A DNA stretch of 64,000 bases from an uncultured Holophagales bacterium (GTDB taxonomy: Bacteria; Acidobacteriota; Thermoanaerobaculia; Multivoradales; UBA5704), in NCBI GenBank assembly GCA_963842525.1, contig CAWJGT010000003.1:1184001-1248000 (forward strand), given 5' to 3'. Positions within the stretch are counted from its first letter, which is position 1; each line of letters begins with the position of its first letter. Under the pieces are notes generated by a model, which did not search any database, had not been told where the DNA came from, and was given only the letters and a program-made list of their open reading frames with translations. The position numbers and the translations under genes are program-made. Below are positions 1-9,491 of this stretch, one piece after another.

Positions 1-285
1 CCGATGCGGACCCAGGGGCTCGACGGTGCTCGCAATCAGGCCCTTGCCGAAGGTGCGCGCGTCCACGCCGTGGAAGGCATGGTCGAAGGTCAGATTGTAG
101 AGGGTCTCGGCCACGACGGCGTCGGAGAGAGCCATCAGCTCCAGGGCCTGCGACTCCTGCCGGACGAGCCGCATCCGGATCTGGAGCGAGGCGGCCAGCA
201 GGGCCAGCGCGATCGAGAGGAGGGTGACCACGACCAGCGCTGTGAGCAGGGCAAAGCCCGATTCAGCGCGGCGCCGGCTTACCAT
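1..285 (-). CDS. PilX/GspK-like minor (pseudo)pilin, runs off window edge
   Basis: Translated by hand (not in ORF track): MVSRRRAESG|FALLTALVVVTLLSIALALL. Prepilin-type cleavage site without Glu+5, typical of PilX/GspK. ATG overlaps the end of the upstream gene. Confidence 0.7.
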   Translation of the reverse strand, partial: MVSRRRAESGFALLTALVVVTLLSIALALLAASLQIRMRLVRQESQALELMALSDAVVAETLYNLTFDHAFHGVDARTFGKGLIASTVEPLGPHR

Positions 286-785
286 CCAGCCCCCAGACCG
301 GCGCCGCGGGTCGCCACGAGGAGCGTCTCGGTCCGCTCCTGCTCGAACGGACCGCGGGCGGACGGCGCATTGGGCAGGGGATTACGCCGCAGCGCCCGGG
401 CGCGATAGACGATCCTCACGATGACAAGGCTCGATCCGTCCGCGATGCACTCCCAGGAGCGCACGCCGCGCAGCAAGGGGGTCTCCCCACGCCACAGGAC
501 ATCTTCTTCCTTGCGGTAGACGGCGGCGCCCGCCGGACCCGGCAGCCGCAGCTCGCTCATCCGCCCGAAAGCATCGCGGAGGATGATGGCTTGTGTCGCC
601 GCCTGGATGTCGCCGCGCAGGCGGGCGCGGACCAGCGGCAGGGGAGACTCGATCTGCTCGGCCGCGGAGTCGGCGAGCATCTGGGAGGTCTCCATCAGGA
701 TCTGCGCGGCAAGGGCGAGCGCCAGAGACATCACCACCAGGGCGACGAGCAGCTCGACCAGGCTGAAACCGCTCTCGCGCCTCAC
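279..785 (-). CDS. Minor pilin/pseudopilin (PilW/GspJ-like)
   Basis: GTG start with GTGA overlap; MRRESG|FSLVELLVALVVMSLAL is a type IV prepilin N-methyl motif. Confidence 0.8.
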   Translation of the reverse strand: MRRESGFSLVELLVALVVMSLALALAAQILMETSQMLADSAAEQIESPLPLVRARLRGDIQAATQAIILRDAFGRMSELRLPGPAGAAVYRKEEDVLWRGETPLLRGVRSWECIADGSSLVIVRIVYRARALRRNPLPNAPSARGPFEQERTETLLVATRGAGLGAGW

Positions 786-1147
786 GTGGGAGGCCTCCAG
801 ATCAGGGTCTCGATCGAGCGCTCTCTGACCTTCCCCTCGATGCGCCAGAGGGTTCGCACGGAGACGCGGTAGAGCCCGGGCGGATGGCCCGCCGGCCCGA
901 CGTCCACCCAGATCGTCCGGTCGCCGGCCGCATCGATCCGCTGGGAGGCGAGAGGCAGGGCACCGGCCCGTAACGCCTCGAGCGTCCCTTCCAGTCCGTG
1001 GAGCGCTTCCCTCTGCGCCTGCAAGCGGCGCTGGATCCCGGGCTGCTGCGCCACCAGCCCCATCCCCATCAGCAGCGCAATCATGACGATCGTCGTTGCG
1101 ATGAGGGCCTCGATGAGTGTGAAGCCCTGGGTGGAGGAACGGTGCAT
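782..1147 (-). CDS. Minor pilin/pseudopilin (PilV/GspI-like)
   Basis: MHRSSTQG|FTLIEALIATTIVMIALL prepilin motif; 121 aa. Confidence 0.8.
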   Translation of the reverse strand: MHRSSTQGFTLIEALIATTIVMIALLMGMGLVAQQPGIQRRLQAQREALHGLEGTLEALRAGALPLASQRIDAAGDRTIWVDVGPAGHPPGLYRVSVRTLWRIEGKVRERSIETLIWRPPT

Positions 1148-1191
1148 GAAAGGAATCCCTGCCCGAGGGTAACACGGCAGGGGAGGACCAA

Positions 1192-1410
1192 AGAGGGTGT
1201 TTGGAAGACTCTGCTGGGGGCGTCGCCTTGGCCCCTCACCCCCGGCCCCTCTCCCATCCGCCCTCCCTTCCCCCCGGGAGAGGGGGAGAAATGCATGATC
1301 AGGAAACTCCTGGGTGCGGGCTCCCCTCTCCCGGGCGGGTGTGAGTGCGGATGGGAGAGGGGCCGGGGGTGAGGGGTCAGGGCTCGCGCAGGAATTTCCA
1401 GACACCCTCT
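1192..1410. mobile_element. MITE-like element with 15-bp terminal inverted repeats enclosing REP-like palindromes
   Basis: AGAGGGTGTTTGGAA (1192-1206) vs TTCCAGACACCCTCT (1396-1410), 14/15 match; internal CCCTCACCCCCGGCCCCTCTCCCATCCG ... GGATGGGAGAGGGGCCGGGGGTGAGGGG. Confidence 0.65.
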
Positions 1411-1481
1411 AAAAGGATCGGGGCGGCCGCATGAGGGCCGCCCCGGCTGGACTGACTGCTCTACTGGAGAAACAGGTTGAT

Positions 1482-2030
1482 CTACGACGCCGACTCGCGA
1501 GCGCGCTCGCGGATCGTGCTCCAGATCAGCCAGACACCGATCAGGACGAGGGCGAAGGGCCAGAGGTCCAGGAGCCATTCGATGTCGATGATGAGGTAGC
1601 GGTCGGCGATTGCGAAGGCGCCGATCACGGTCAGGATCAGGCCCGCGGCCAGACCACCCTGGCCCGGCTTCGGGCCCTTGGGACGGTCGAGCAGCCCGAG
1701 GTCCTGGGCATAGCCGTAGTTGATCAGCACCGCCTGCCGGTAGGCGTCGATGATGTTGAAGAGAGCGAAGAAGATCGCCGCGAACACGAAGATCGGACTG
1801 TCGGTCCGATCGGCGAGGCCGATCATGGTGAAAAAGATCAGGAAGAAGGTCAACCCCCGCAGGTAAAGCCCGTTGTAGACATGCCCCACGCCCGGGAAGA
1901 GGGAGAGGAACGCGGCGAGCGAAGGGTTTTTCGCGTCGACCGGCCGGATTGCAGCCGCCGCGGGGTTCGGAATGGGTGGCGGAGGGGCCCCTTCCATCTG
2001 GGGAGGCCAGGGGTTTTCGGCTGGGTTCAT
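1482..2030 (-). CDS. Membrane protein (TM2-like N-terminus, LiaF/DUF5668-like C-terminus), ECF operon member
   Basis: KNPSLAAFLSLFPGVGHVYNG and LWPFALVLIGVWLI motifs; several TM helices. Confidence 0.7.
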   Translation of the reverse strand: MNPAENPWPPQMEGAPPPPIPNPAAAAIRPVDAKNPSLAAFLSLFPGVGHVYNGLYLRGLTFFLIFFTMIGLADRTDSPIFVFAAIFFALFNIIDAYRQAVLINYGYAQDLGLLDRPKGPKPGQGGLAAGLILTVIGAFAIADRYLIIDIEWLLDLWPFALVLIGVWLIWSTIRERARESAS

Positions 2031-2051
2031 GGCAATCTCCTTTGCGTCTCG

Positions 2052-2693
2052 TTAAGGTTCATCCGGGAACAGGCCCCGGGTCATTTCGGTCACACGGCTT
2101 TTCAAATCCTCGACCGACGTCGAGAGCGCCTCGCGGGTGGCGTCGTAGCGCTCGGTAACTCCCTCGGCCCCTTTGGAGACACCGTCCTCGAGGCGCTCCA
2201 GCGGGATCTCGATCTCGGTCCCGGTCTTTTGCCAGACCTGCCGCAGCTCCTGGGACAGCGAGCCCGCCGCCTTGCGTCCCAGCTCCAGCGGGTCGCCGAG
2301 GAGCTGCATGGCGAGGACGGCCAGGAGATAGCTGGCGGCCACGGCGTAGCGCGAGCTGCGCACCCAGACGGGGAGCTCGCGCGGCGGCGGCTCCCCGGCA
2401 ACGGACGCCTGGCGCGGCAGGTCCCGCAATCGGCTTCTCAGGTGCGGGGGCATGGACAGGGCCGGCATGCGGAGCCGGGGCTCGAGCCCTTCCCCCTCCG
2501 TCGCCGGGATGGAGCGCAATCTCTCCCGCATCCGCTCCGGCAGAGGCAGGCGCACCGCGGAAGCCTTATCCATCGCGGCGGCGAAGGCGGCGCACTCCGG
2601 GCAGCTCCGGCGGTGAGGATGGTCGGCCCCCTGCGCTCCCTGAGGAAGCTCGGCGCGGTAACGGCGGCAGCCCCGGCTCAACCCCCTCAACAT
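2052..2693 (-). CDS. Putative zinc-binding anti-sigma factor
   Basis: HRRSCPEC (HxxxCxxC ZAS motif), one TM helix; start overlaps the end of the ECF sigma gene. Confidence 0.7.
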   Translation of the reverse strand: MLRGLSRGCRRYRAELPQGAQGADHPHRRSCPECAAFAAAMDKASAVRLPLPERMRERLRSIPATEGEGLEPRLRMPALSMPPHLRSRLRDLPRQASVAGEPPPRELPVWVRSSRYAVAASYLLAVLAMQLLGDPLELGRKAAGSLSQELRQVWQKTGTEIEIPLERLEDGVSKGAEGVTERYDATREALSTSVEDLKSRVTEMTRGLFPDEP

Positions 2694-3298
2694 GACGCCT
2701 CCCGTGCGGCGGGCTCCGCCTTCGGCGCCCAACGGGAGCGGTATCGCGCCGTCACCCGCTCCGCCAGGTCCAGGCGGGCGCGGTGGAGGCGCGACTTGAC
2801 CGTCCCCACGGGGACTTCCAGATAGACCGCTGTCTCCTCCAGGCTCCAGCCCTGGAGGTCGCGCAGCAGCACCACCTCGGCGAGGTCTTCCGGCATCTCC
2901 TCCAGGGCGCGATAGACCGCCCGCAGCTCCTCCCGGGTCTGCGCCTCCGCCTGGACGTCGTCGACCGCGGGGACGTACCGCAGCACCTCCTCCGACACGG
3001 CGGTCGACCGCCGCTCCTGCCGCATCCGGCGGTAGTGGTCGATGCACAGGTTGCGCGAGAGCCGCAAGGTCCAGGCGACCAGGGGGGCATCCCCCCGGTA
3101 GAGGCGTAGGTTCTGGTACAGACGCAGAAAAATTTCCTGCGTGAGATCCTCCGCCTCCTGGGCCGAGCCGGCGAAGTGGAACGCCAGGTTGTAGAGCTTC
3201 TCGCCGTAGAGATCGAGGATCTCGTCCCAGGCCTCCGCCTGTCCGGCGGCGGCGCGCCGGGCGAGGAGGAGGTCGGGAGTGGGCACGGGCATGAGCAT
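2687..3298 (-). CDS. ECF sigma-70 factor (RpoE/SigW-like)
   Basis: AEDLTQEIFLRLY region 2, NLCIDHYR, VPVGTVKSRLHRAR region 4. Confidence 0.92.
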   Translation of the reverse strand: MLMPVPTPDLLLARRAAAGQAEAWDEILDLYGEKLYNLAFHFAGSAQEAEDLTQEIFLRLYQNLRLYRGDAPLVAWTLRLSRNLCIDHYRRMRQERRSTAVSEEVLRYVPAVDDVQAEAQTREELRAVYRALEEMPEDLAEVVLLRDLQGWSLEETAVYLEVPVGTVKSRLHRARLDLAERVTARYRSRWAPKAEPAAREASC

Positions 3299-3425
3299 GA
3301 GGGTGTCCTTTCTCTCCAAGACGAGAGGGAGGGGGAAAAGGTTCGCAGAGCACTGTCTCCTGGCAAATCTTTTGCTTTCTTCAATAGGCTGCTACGCTGG
3401 AAGACCTGAGAGAGGAGGACCGACG

Positions 3426-5027
3426 ATGCGTTGCCGGATGCTCCACCGCCTATCCCTCTTCGCCGCCGCGACTCTCGCCTGGATCGCTGTGGGTGCCGTG
3501 CCCGGCCATGCGGCGGTGCCGGCCGGCTTCACCGACATCCTGGTGACGAGCGTGGGAGCCCCCACCGCCATCACCTTCACCCCGGATGGCCGGCTGCTCA
3601 TCACCCAGAAGACGGGCAGCCTGCGGGTCTTTCAGGGTGGGCTGCTCGGGACGCCGGCGCTCACCATCCCCGCGGCCAGCATCTGCACGGCGTCCGAGCA
3701 GGGGCTCCTGGGCGTCGCCGTCCATCCGTCGTTCGCCTCGAACCGGTTCATCTATCTCTTCTACACCTTCAGCAGCCTGGCGGACTCGGTCTGCGTAAAC
3801 CGGGTCTCCCGCTTCACCCTGCCGGACTCGAACGTCGTCAATCCGGCGACCGAGCTCGTCCTGGTCGACAACATGCCTTCGCCGGCAGGGAACCACAATG
3901 CCGGCGACGTGCACTTCGGCAAGGACGGCTACCTCTACATCTCGATCGGGGAAGGTGGGATCAGCAGCGCGGCGCGCAACCAGCACGTGCTGACCGGCAA
4001 GATCCTGCGCATCACGGACAGGGCGGCATCCCGCCGACCAATCCGTTCCAGGGGGCGGGGACGGCGCGCTGCAACGTCACCGGGAGCACGACGGCTGGCA
4101 ACAGATGTCAGGAGACGTTCGCCTGGGGGTTCCGCAACCCGTTCCGCTTCGCTTTCGATCCCAATGCCGCCGGCACCCGCTTCTTCATCAACGACGTGGG
4201 GCAGGGCACTTGGGAGGAGATCGACGAGGCGCAGGCAGGGGCGGACTACGGCTGGAACTGCCGTGAGGGGGCGCACACCAACAACACCTCGGGCGCCTGC
4301 TCGCCGACCCCGCCGGCGCAGGTCGCCCCGATCTTCGACTACGCGCACGGTGTCGAGCATTCCAGGGACGACAAGCCCCACCAACTGCAACTCGATCACC
4401 GGCGGCGCCTTCGTGCCCAACGGCTGTGGGCGGGCTTCGACGGCTCCTACTTGTTCAGCCGACTTCATCTGCGGCGAGATCTTCAAGCTGACCAGTCCGG
4501 CGCTACTTGGTCGGCCTCAGGATTTTGGCCACGAGTCTGGGCGGCAGAGCGCGGTCCATATGACCTTCGGACCCCATGGCAACGATCAGGCTCTCTACTA
4601 CACCACCTTTGCCGGCGGCGGCCAGGTGCGAGTCATCGCTGCCGCACCTCCACCCGACGACTTCTTCACCCTCACTCCCTGCCGGGTGGCCGACACCCGG
4701 GATGCCGCGGGACCCTACGGTGGGCCCGCCCTTGCCGCGGGCTCGTGGCGGACCTTCGTGCTCAACGGTGTGTGCGGGATTCCGCCGACTGCCAGGGCTG
4801 TAGCGGTCAACCTGACCGTCATTGCTCCGACGGCCGGGGGGCACCTCATTCTCTATCCGGGCGGCACACCCGCGCCGCCGACCAGCACGATCAATTTCGC
4901 CTTGGGAGCGACGCGCGCCAACAACGCCGTGGCCCTCCTGGGAGCGGCTGGAGACGTGGGCGTGCTCAACGGCATGGCCTCCGGCTCCGTGCACTTCGCG
5001 CTCGACGTGGTGGGATACTTCGAGTAA
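3426..5027 (+). pseudogene. PQQ-dependent glucose/sorbosone dehydrogenase-family protein, copy 1, multiple frameshifts
   Basis: Near-identical to 5043-6641 (EQGLLG, HNAG, GKILRI), but the frame shifts near 4020 and several times between ~4360 and ~4545. Confidence 0.8.
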
Positions 5028-5042
5028 TCGGGAGGGACGACG

Positions 5043-6641
5043 ATGCCTTGCCGGATGCTCCGCCGCCTGTCCGTCTTTGTCGCCGCGGCTCTCGCCTGGA
5101 TCGCTGTGGGCGCTGTGCCCGGCCGCGCGGCGATGCCGGCCGACTTCACGGATACCCTGGTGACGAGCGTGGGGGTGCCCACCGCCATCGTCTTCACTCC
5201 GGACGGCCGCCTCCTGATCACGCAGCAGACGGGCAGTCTGCGGGTCTATCAGGGCGGGGTGCTGCTCGCGACGCCCGCGCTCACGTTCCCTGTGACCAAC
5301 ATCTGCACGGTGTCGGAGCAGGGGCTCCTGGGCGTCGAAGTCCATCCGGCCTTCACCTCCAACCAATTCATCTATCTCTTCTATACCTTCAAGCAGCCCG
5401 GCGGTACCTGCGTCAACCGGGTCTCCCGTTTCACCCTGCCAGCCTCGAACGTCATCAATCCCGCGACCGAGCTCGTCCTGATCGACAACATGCCTTCAAC
5501 GCACGGCAACCACAACGCCGGGGACCTGCACTTCGGCAAGGACGGCTTTCTCTACGTCTCGATCGGGGAAGGCGGGGTCAGCGAAGCGGCTCGCAACGAG
5601 CACGTCCTGAGCGGCAAGATCCTGCGCATCACGGACAGCGGCGGCATCCCGCCGACCAACCCGTTCCAGGGGCTGGGAACGGCCCGCTGCAACGTCACCG
5701 GGAGCACGACGCCCGGCAACAGGTGCCAGGAGACGTTCGCCTGGGGGTTGCGCAACCCCTTTCGATTCGCGATGGATCCGAACGCCGCCGGGACCCGCTT
5801 TTTCATCAACGACGTGGGGCACGGCGCCTACGAGGAGATCGACAACGGCCAGGCCGGCGCCGACTACGGCTGGAACTGCCGCGAGGCGGCGCACACCCAC
5901 AGCACCACCGGCCAATGCTCGCCGACGCCTCCAGGCATGGTCGATCCGCTCTTCGAGTACACGCACCACACCATCGTCCCGGGGACGAGCAGCACCAACT
6001 GCAACTCGATCACCGGCGGCGCCTTCGTGCCCAACGGCGTCTGGCCGGGATTCGACGGCTCCTATCTGTTCGCCGATTTCATCTGCGGCTCGATTTTCAA
6101 GCTGACCAACGTGGGAGGCGCGTGGTCCGCCTCGGACTTCGTCACCGGCCTGGGTAACGGCAGCGCGGTCCACCTGCTCTTCGGTCCCCACGGCAGCGGC
6201 CGGGCGCTCTACTACACGACCTACGCTGGCGGCGGCCAGGTGCGGCGCATCGCTTTCGAGCCTCCGCCTCTCGTCTTCTTCTCCGTCACCCCCTGCCGCG
6301 TGGCCGACACCCGGAATGCGCCTGGGCCTCAGGGCGGTCCGGCGCTGACAGCGGGTGTCCCACGGAACTTCACCGTCCGGGGAAGCTGCGCGGTCCCCGC
6401 CACGGCCAAGGCGGTGGCAGTCAACGTGACCGTGATCTCGCCCGCGGCCGCCGGGTCCCTGTTTGTCCATCCGACCGATGCCGCGATGCCGGCGGCCAAC
6501 ACGGTCAGCTTCAGGGCGGGCCAGACGCGCGCCAACAATGCGGTCCTGCGCCTGGGAGCCGCCGGTGACCTCCGGGTGCTGTGCAGCATGCCCGGGGGCT
6601 CGGCGCACTTCGCGCTCGACGTGGTGGGGTATTTTGAATAA
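5043..6641 (+). CDS. Secreted PQQ-dependent sugar dehydrogenase (GSDH family) with C-terminal PCRVADTR/RANN domain, copy 2
   Basis: Signal peptide; EQGLLG, HNAGDLHFGKDG, GLRNPFR, NDVG..EEI, DYGW motifs. Confidence 0.88.
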   Translation: MPCRMLRRLSVFVAAALAWIAVGAVPGRAAMPADFTDTLVTSVGVPTAIVFTPDGRLLITQQTGSLRVYQGGVLLATPALTFPVTNICTVSEQGLLGVEVHPAFTSNQFIYLFYTFKQPGGTCVNRVSRFTLPASNVINPATELVLIDNMPSTHGNHNAGDLHFGKDGFLYVSIGEGGVSEAARNEHVLSGKILRITDSGGIPPTNPFQGLGTARCNVTGSTTPGNRCQETFAWGLRNPFRFAMDPNAAGTRFFINDVGHGAYEEIDNGQAGADYGWNCREAAHTHSTTGQCSPTPPGMVDPLFEYTHHTIVPGTSSTNCNSITGGAFVPNGVWPGFDGSYLFADFICGSIFKLTNVGGAWSASDFVTGLGNGSAVHLLFGPHGSGRALYYTTYAGGGQVRRIAFEPPPLVFFSVTPCRVADTRNAPGPQGGPALTAGVPRNFTVRGSCAVPATAKAVAVNVTVISPAAAGSLFVHPTDAAMPAANTVSFRAGQTRANNAVLRLGAAGDLRVLCSMPGGSAHFALDVVGYFE

Positions 6642-6647
6642 AAGCGT

Positions 6648-6678
6648 CGAATAGGGCGGGGACAAGCCCCGCCCCTAC
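6648..6678. repeat. GTAG-type REP hairpin between convergent genes
   Basis: Minus strand GTAGGGGCGGGGCTTGTCCCCGCCCTA forms a GC-rich stem. Confidence 0.6.
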
Positions 6679-7148
6679 TCTTTCTCTTCGACCAGCAGGC
6701 CGAGGAGGTCCGAAGCCGCGATGATGCCGACCACGCGGTCCTCGCGGGTCACCAGCAGCCGGTGGACGTGGTTCTCGACCATGGCTTCGGCGATCTCGGA
6801 GACCGGCGTCTCCTCGCGGACGGTGAAGACCGAGGGAGTCATGATTGCGCCGACGGTCAGCTCCGCTTCGTCCAAACGGAGCTCCTCGAGGTCCTCCCGG
6901 CTCATCGCCTCTTCCCACTCCGCGACGAAGTAGCTCGCGCGGTCGCCGTCCGCACCGTCCTCCTTGACCAGCGCGGTGACGATGTCGGTCACCGACACGA
7001 CGCCGACCAGCTTGCCGGAGCCGTCCTCCACGGGCGCACCCGAGATCTCGTTCTCGACCAGGAAGTTCGCGAGGTCCCGCACCGTCAGGTCGTCTCGTAC
7101 GGTAAGGACCGCAGGGTTCATCAGATCGCTGGCAGTGATCGGCCTCAC
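6675..7148 (-). CDS. CBS domain pair protein
   Basis: ASDLMN...ISGAPV..G.LVGVVSVTD and IMT...VHRLLV...VVGII motifs. Confidence 0.88.
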   Translation of the reverse strand: MRPITASDLMNPAVLTVRDDLTVRDLANFLVENEISGAPVEDGSGKLVGVVSVTDIVTALVKEDGADGDRASYFVAEWEEAMSREDLEELRLDEAELTVGAIMTPSVFTVREETPVSEIAEAMVENHVHRLLVTREDRVVGIIAASDLLGLLVEEKE

Positions 7149-7221
7149 GCAGCCTCCGTTCGTTCATTCGCCCCGCAGCAGGGTGGGACGAGCACAAGGG
7201 TACATTAGAATCCGCCCGGCC

Positions 7222-8229
7222 ATGGACAATCTCTGCCATACCCTGGTCGGCGCGGCTCTGGGCAAGGCGGGCCTGGAGAGGCGGACGCCCCTCGCCACCG
7301 CGACGCTGCTGATCGGCGCCAACCTCCCGGACGTGGACGTATTTGCCTACGCCTGGGGAGCGGAGACGGCGCTTGCCTTCCGCCGCGGCTGGACCCACGG
7401 CCTGCCGGCCCTCGTGCTCTGGCCGTTCGTCCTGACCGGGATGATGCTGGCCTGGGACCGGCTTGTCCGCCGAAGGCCACGCCCGGATGCCCCGGATGCC
7501 GAGCCGGCCCGGCCGCGCGCCCTGCTCTTCCTCGCCACGGTCGCCATCCTGACCCATCCGTTCCTCGACTGGCTGAACACCTACGGCATGCGCTGGTGGA
7601 TGCCGTTCCGCAACACCTGGTCGTACGGCGACGCTCTCTTCATCGTCGACCCGTGGATCTGGCTCGCTCTCCTGACGGGCGTCCTCGTCTCGCTCTACCG
7701 GCGGCGGAGGACCCGGCCGCGGCCGGAGCGGCCGGCCCGGGTCGCCCTCGCCGCGGTCGGTGCGTACATCCTCCTGATGGGGACCTCCCAGCTCACTGCC
7801 CGTACCGTGGTGGATTCGGACCTGGCGCGGGCCGGGGAGCCGCCGTCACGGACCATGGCCGGGCCTCTTCCCGTCACGCCGTTGCGCCGCCAGATCGTGG
7901 CGGAGACCGGCGCCGGCTACCTGCTGGGGACGGTGGAGTGGGGGAGGCGCCCCGCCTTCGAGCGCACCGGCGCCGTGCCGAAGAACGCCTCCCATCCAGC
8001 CGTGGCCGCCGCGGCACGCACCCGCGAAGGCGGCATCTTCCTCCACTGGGCCCGCTTCCCCTTCTTCCTCGTCGAGGAGCAACCCCGGAGCTGGATCGTC
8101 TACATGGTGGACGCGCGCTACACGATCAACCCGGGCACCGGCTTCGGGCAGATGCGGGTGGAAGTGCCACGGCCGGCTCTCCCCGCGCTCAATACCGCAA
8201 CAGCGCCGCCACCTCGCCCGCCTGGCTGA
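7222..8229 (+). CDS. Inner-membrane metal-dependent hydrolase (YdjM/YfhP-like)
   Basis: MDNLCH, NLPDVD, RRGWTHG, THPFLDWLNTYG, FIVDP motifs. Confidence 0.85.
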   Translation: MDNLCHTLVGAALGKAGLERRTPLATATLLIGANLPDVDVFAYAWGAETALAFRRGWTHGLPALVLWPFVLTGMMLAWDRLVRRRPRPDAPDAEPARPRALLFLATVAILTHPFLDWLNTYGMRWWMPFRNTWSYGDALFIVDPWIWLALLTGVLVSLYRRRRTRPRPERPARVALAAVGAYILLMGTSQLTARTVVDSDLARAGEPPSRTMAGPLPVTPLRRQIVAETGAGYLLGTVEWGRRPAFERTGAVPKNASHPAVAAAARTREGGIFLHWARFPFFLVEEQPRSWIVYMVDARYTINPGTGFGQMRVEVPRPALPALNTATAPPPRPPG

Positions 8230-9280
8230 GGCCCTCAATCGGATCGACGAAGTCCGCTTCGGCGCTGGTGAGGGCGAGGATCTCGACCAGCTCGTTCACC
8301 AGGTCGACCTTGAAGACGTCCTCGGACTTGCAGACCGGGCACTTCTCGAGGCTGCCGGCCGAGAGGTTCTCGCACTCGCGGCAGCGGACGCCGGGGATGC
8401 GCGCGTTGCGGATGACGGCCATCTTCTCGACCCGGCCGACCGCCGCGGCCTTGAGGACGTCCACGGGGCCGGTCACCGCCAAGCCGCCGCGGCAATACTC
8501 GGCCTTGATGCGTTCCCAAAGCTGCGTCTCCGCCTCGCGCTCGGCTTCGGTGAACAGCTCGAATGCTGCTTCAAAGACCGAATCGTCGCCGGCGCCCAGG
8601 TCGACGTTCTTCCGGCCCACCAGCTTGGCGGCCAGCGGAGGCGTCAGGGCGCCCTCGATCTCCAGCATCGTCTCCTGCGAGCCGACCAGCAGCAGGCGGC
8701 CGAACTCCTCCTTCTGATCGAGCTCGGTCAGGAAGTCGACGATCTCCTTGGCGTAGTGCATCAGCTCGTTGCTGCGCCGCCGGTCGTAACGCTTCTGTGA
8801 CCAGCCGCCCTTCTTCACGCTGTTCTTCACATCCCCTTTGATGCGGGCATCCTGATCGGGCCGCGCCGAGGTGACGAAGAAGACCCGGGAGGCCGTATTG
8901 TCCGCCGCCACCACGACGAAGTTCTCGTACTCGTCCTGGAGCTCGGCGATGGGCCGGATGTAGGGCGAGGAGTCGACCCAGATGTAGTCCTGGCCCGAGA
9001 CCGTGAGAGGGAAGGCGCGCACGAAATCGAGCGCCCAGCAGAGGAAGAGGGCGACCCCCTCCGTCGTCCAGGTGTGCTCGGCCAGCCATTTTTCGGCGAG
9101 CTTGAGGTTCTCCTCGAAGTGCTCCAGCTCTACCTGATTGTCCGCCAGAAGCGCCCGCAGGCTGTCGATCCGCGGCTTCAGACCGTCCAGCGACTCCGGG
9201 GCCGCGAGGTACAGGCTCACGAACGCACGCTCGGGCCCCGAGGTCTGGGCAAGCTCGCGCAAGTCGATATTGTTGAACAA
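8189..9280 (-). CDS. Bacterial archaeo-eukaryotic release factor (baeRF/eRF1-like) with C4 zinc ribbon
   Basis: TTG start after GGAGGAG; FVSLYL N-domain, KKGGWSQKRYDRRR loop, GLAVTG, CREC...CPVC, GEVAALLRY C-terminus. Confidence 0.85.
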   Translation of the reverse strand: MFNNIDLRELAQTSGPERAFVSLYLAAPESLDGLKPRIDSLRALLADNQVELEHFEENLKLAEKWLAEHTWTTEGVALFLCWALDFVRAFPLTVSGQDYIWVDSSPYIRPIAELQDEYENFVVVAADNTASRVFFVTSARPDQDARIKGDVKNSVKKGGWSQKRYDRRRSNELMHYAKEIVDFLTELDQKEEFGRLLLVGSQETMLEIEGALTPPLAAKLVGRKNVDLGAGDDSVFEAAFELFTEAEREAETQLWERIKAEYCRGGLAVTGPVDVLKAAAVGRVEKMAVIRNARIPGVRCRECENLSAGSLEKCPVCKSEDVFKVDLVNELVEILALTSAEADFVDPIEGLSQAGEVAALLRY

Positions 9281-9491
9281 GCGATCTCCTCCTCCCGCCT
9301 CCGGGCGGTGTGCGGCTGGCGCGAGCTGCAAGAAGCCGGCCAGGATGGGCATCCTGTAAAGGAACCGTAAACATTCTTTTTACAACAACTTGAAGACCCT
9401 GCCGGGCACCCTTGCGTAGAAAGAACCTAGCGGCGGGGCGGGACCGTGGATGAGCCTCGGGTCGGCGTCTCCGCTGCGGAAACCCCTCATC

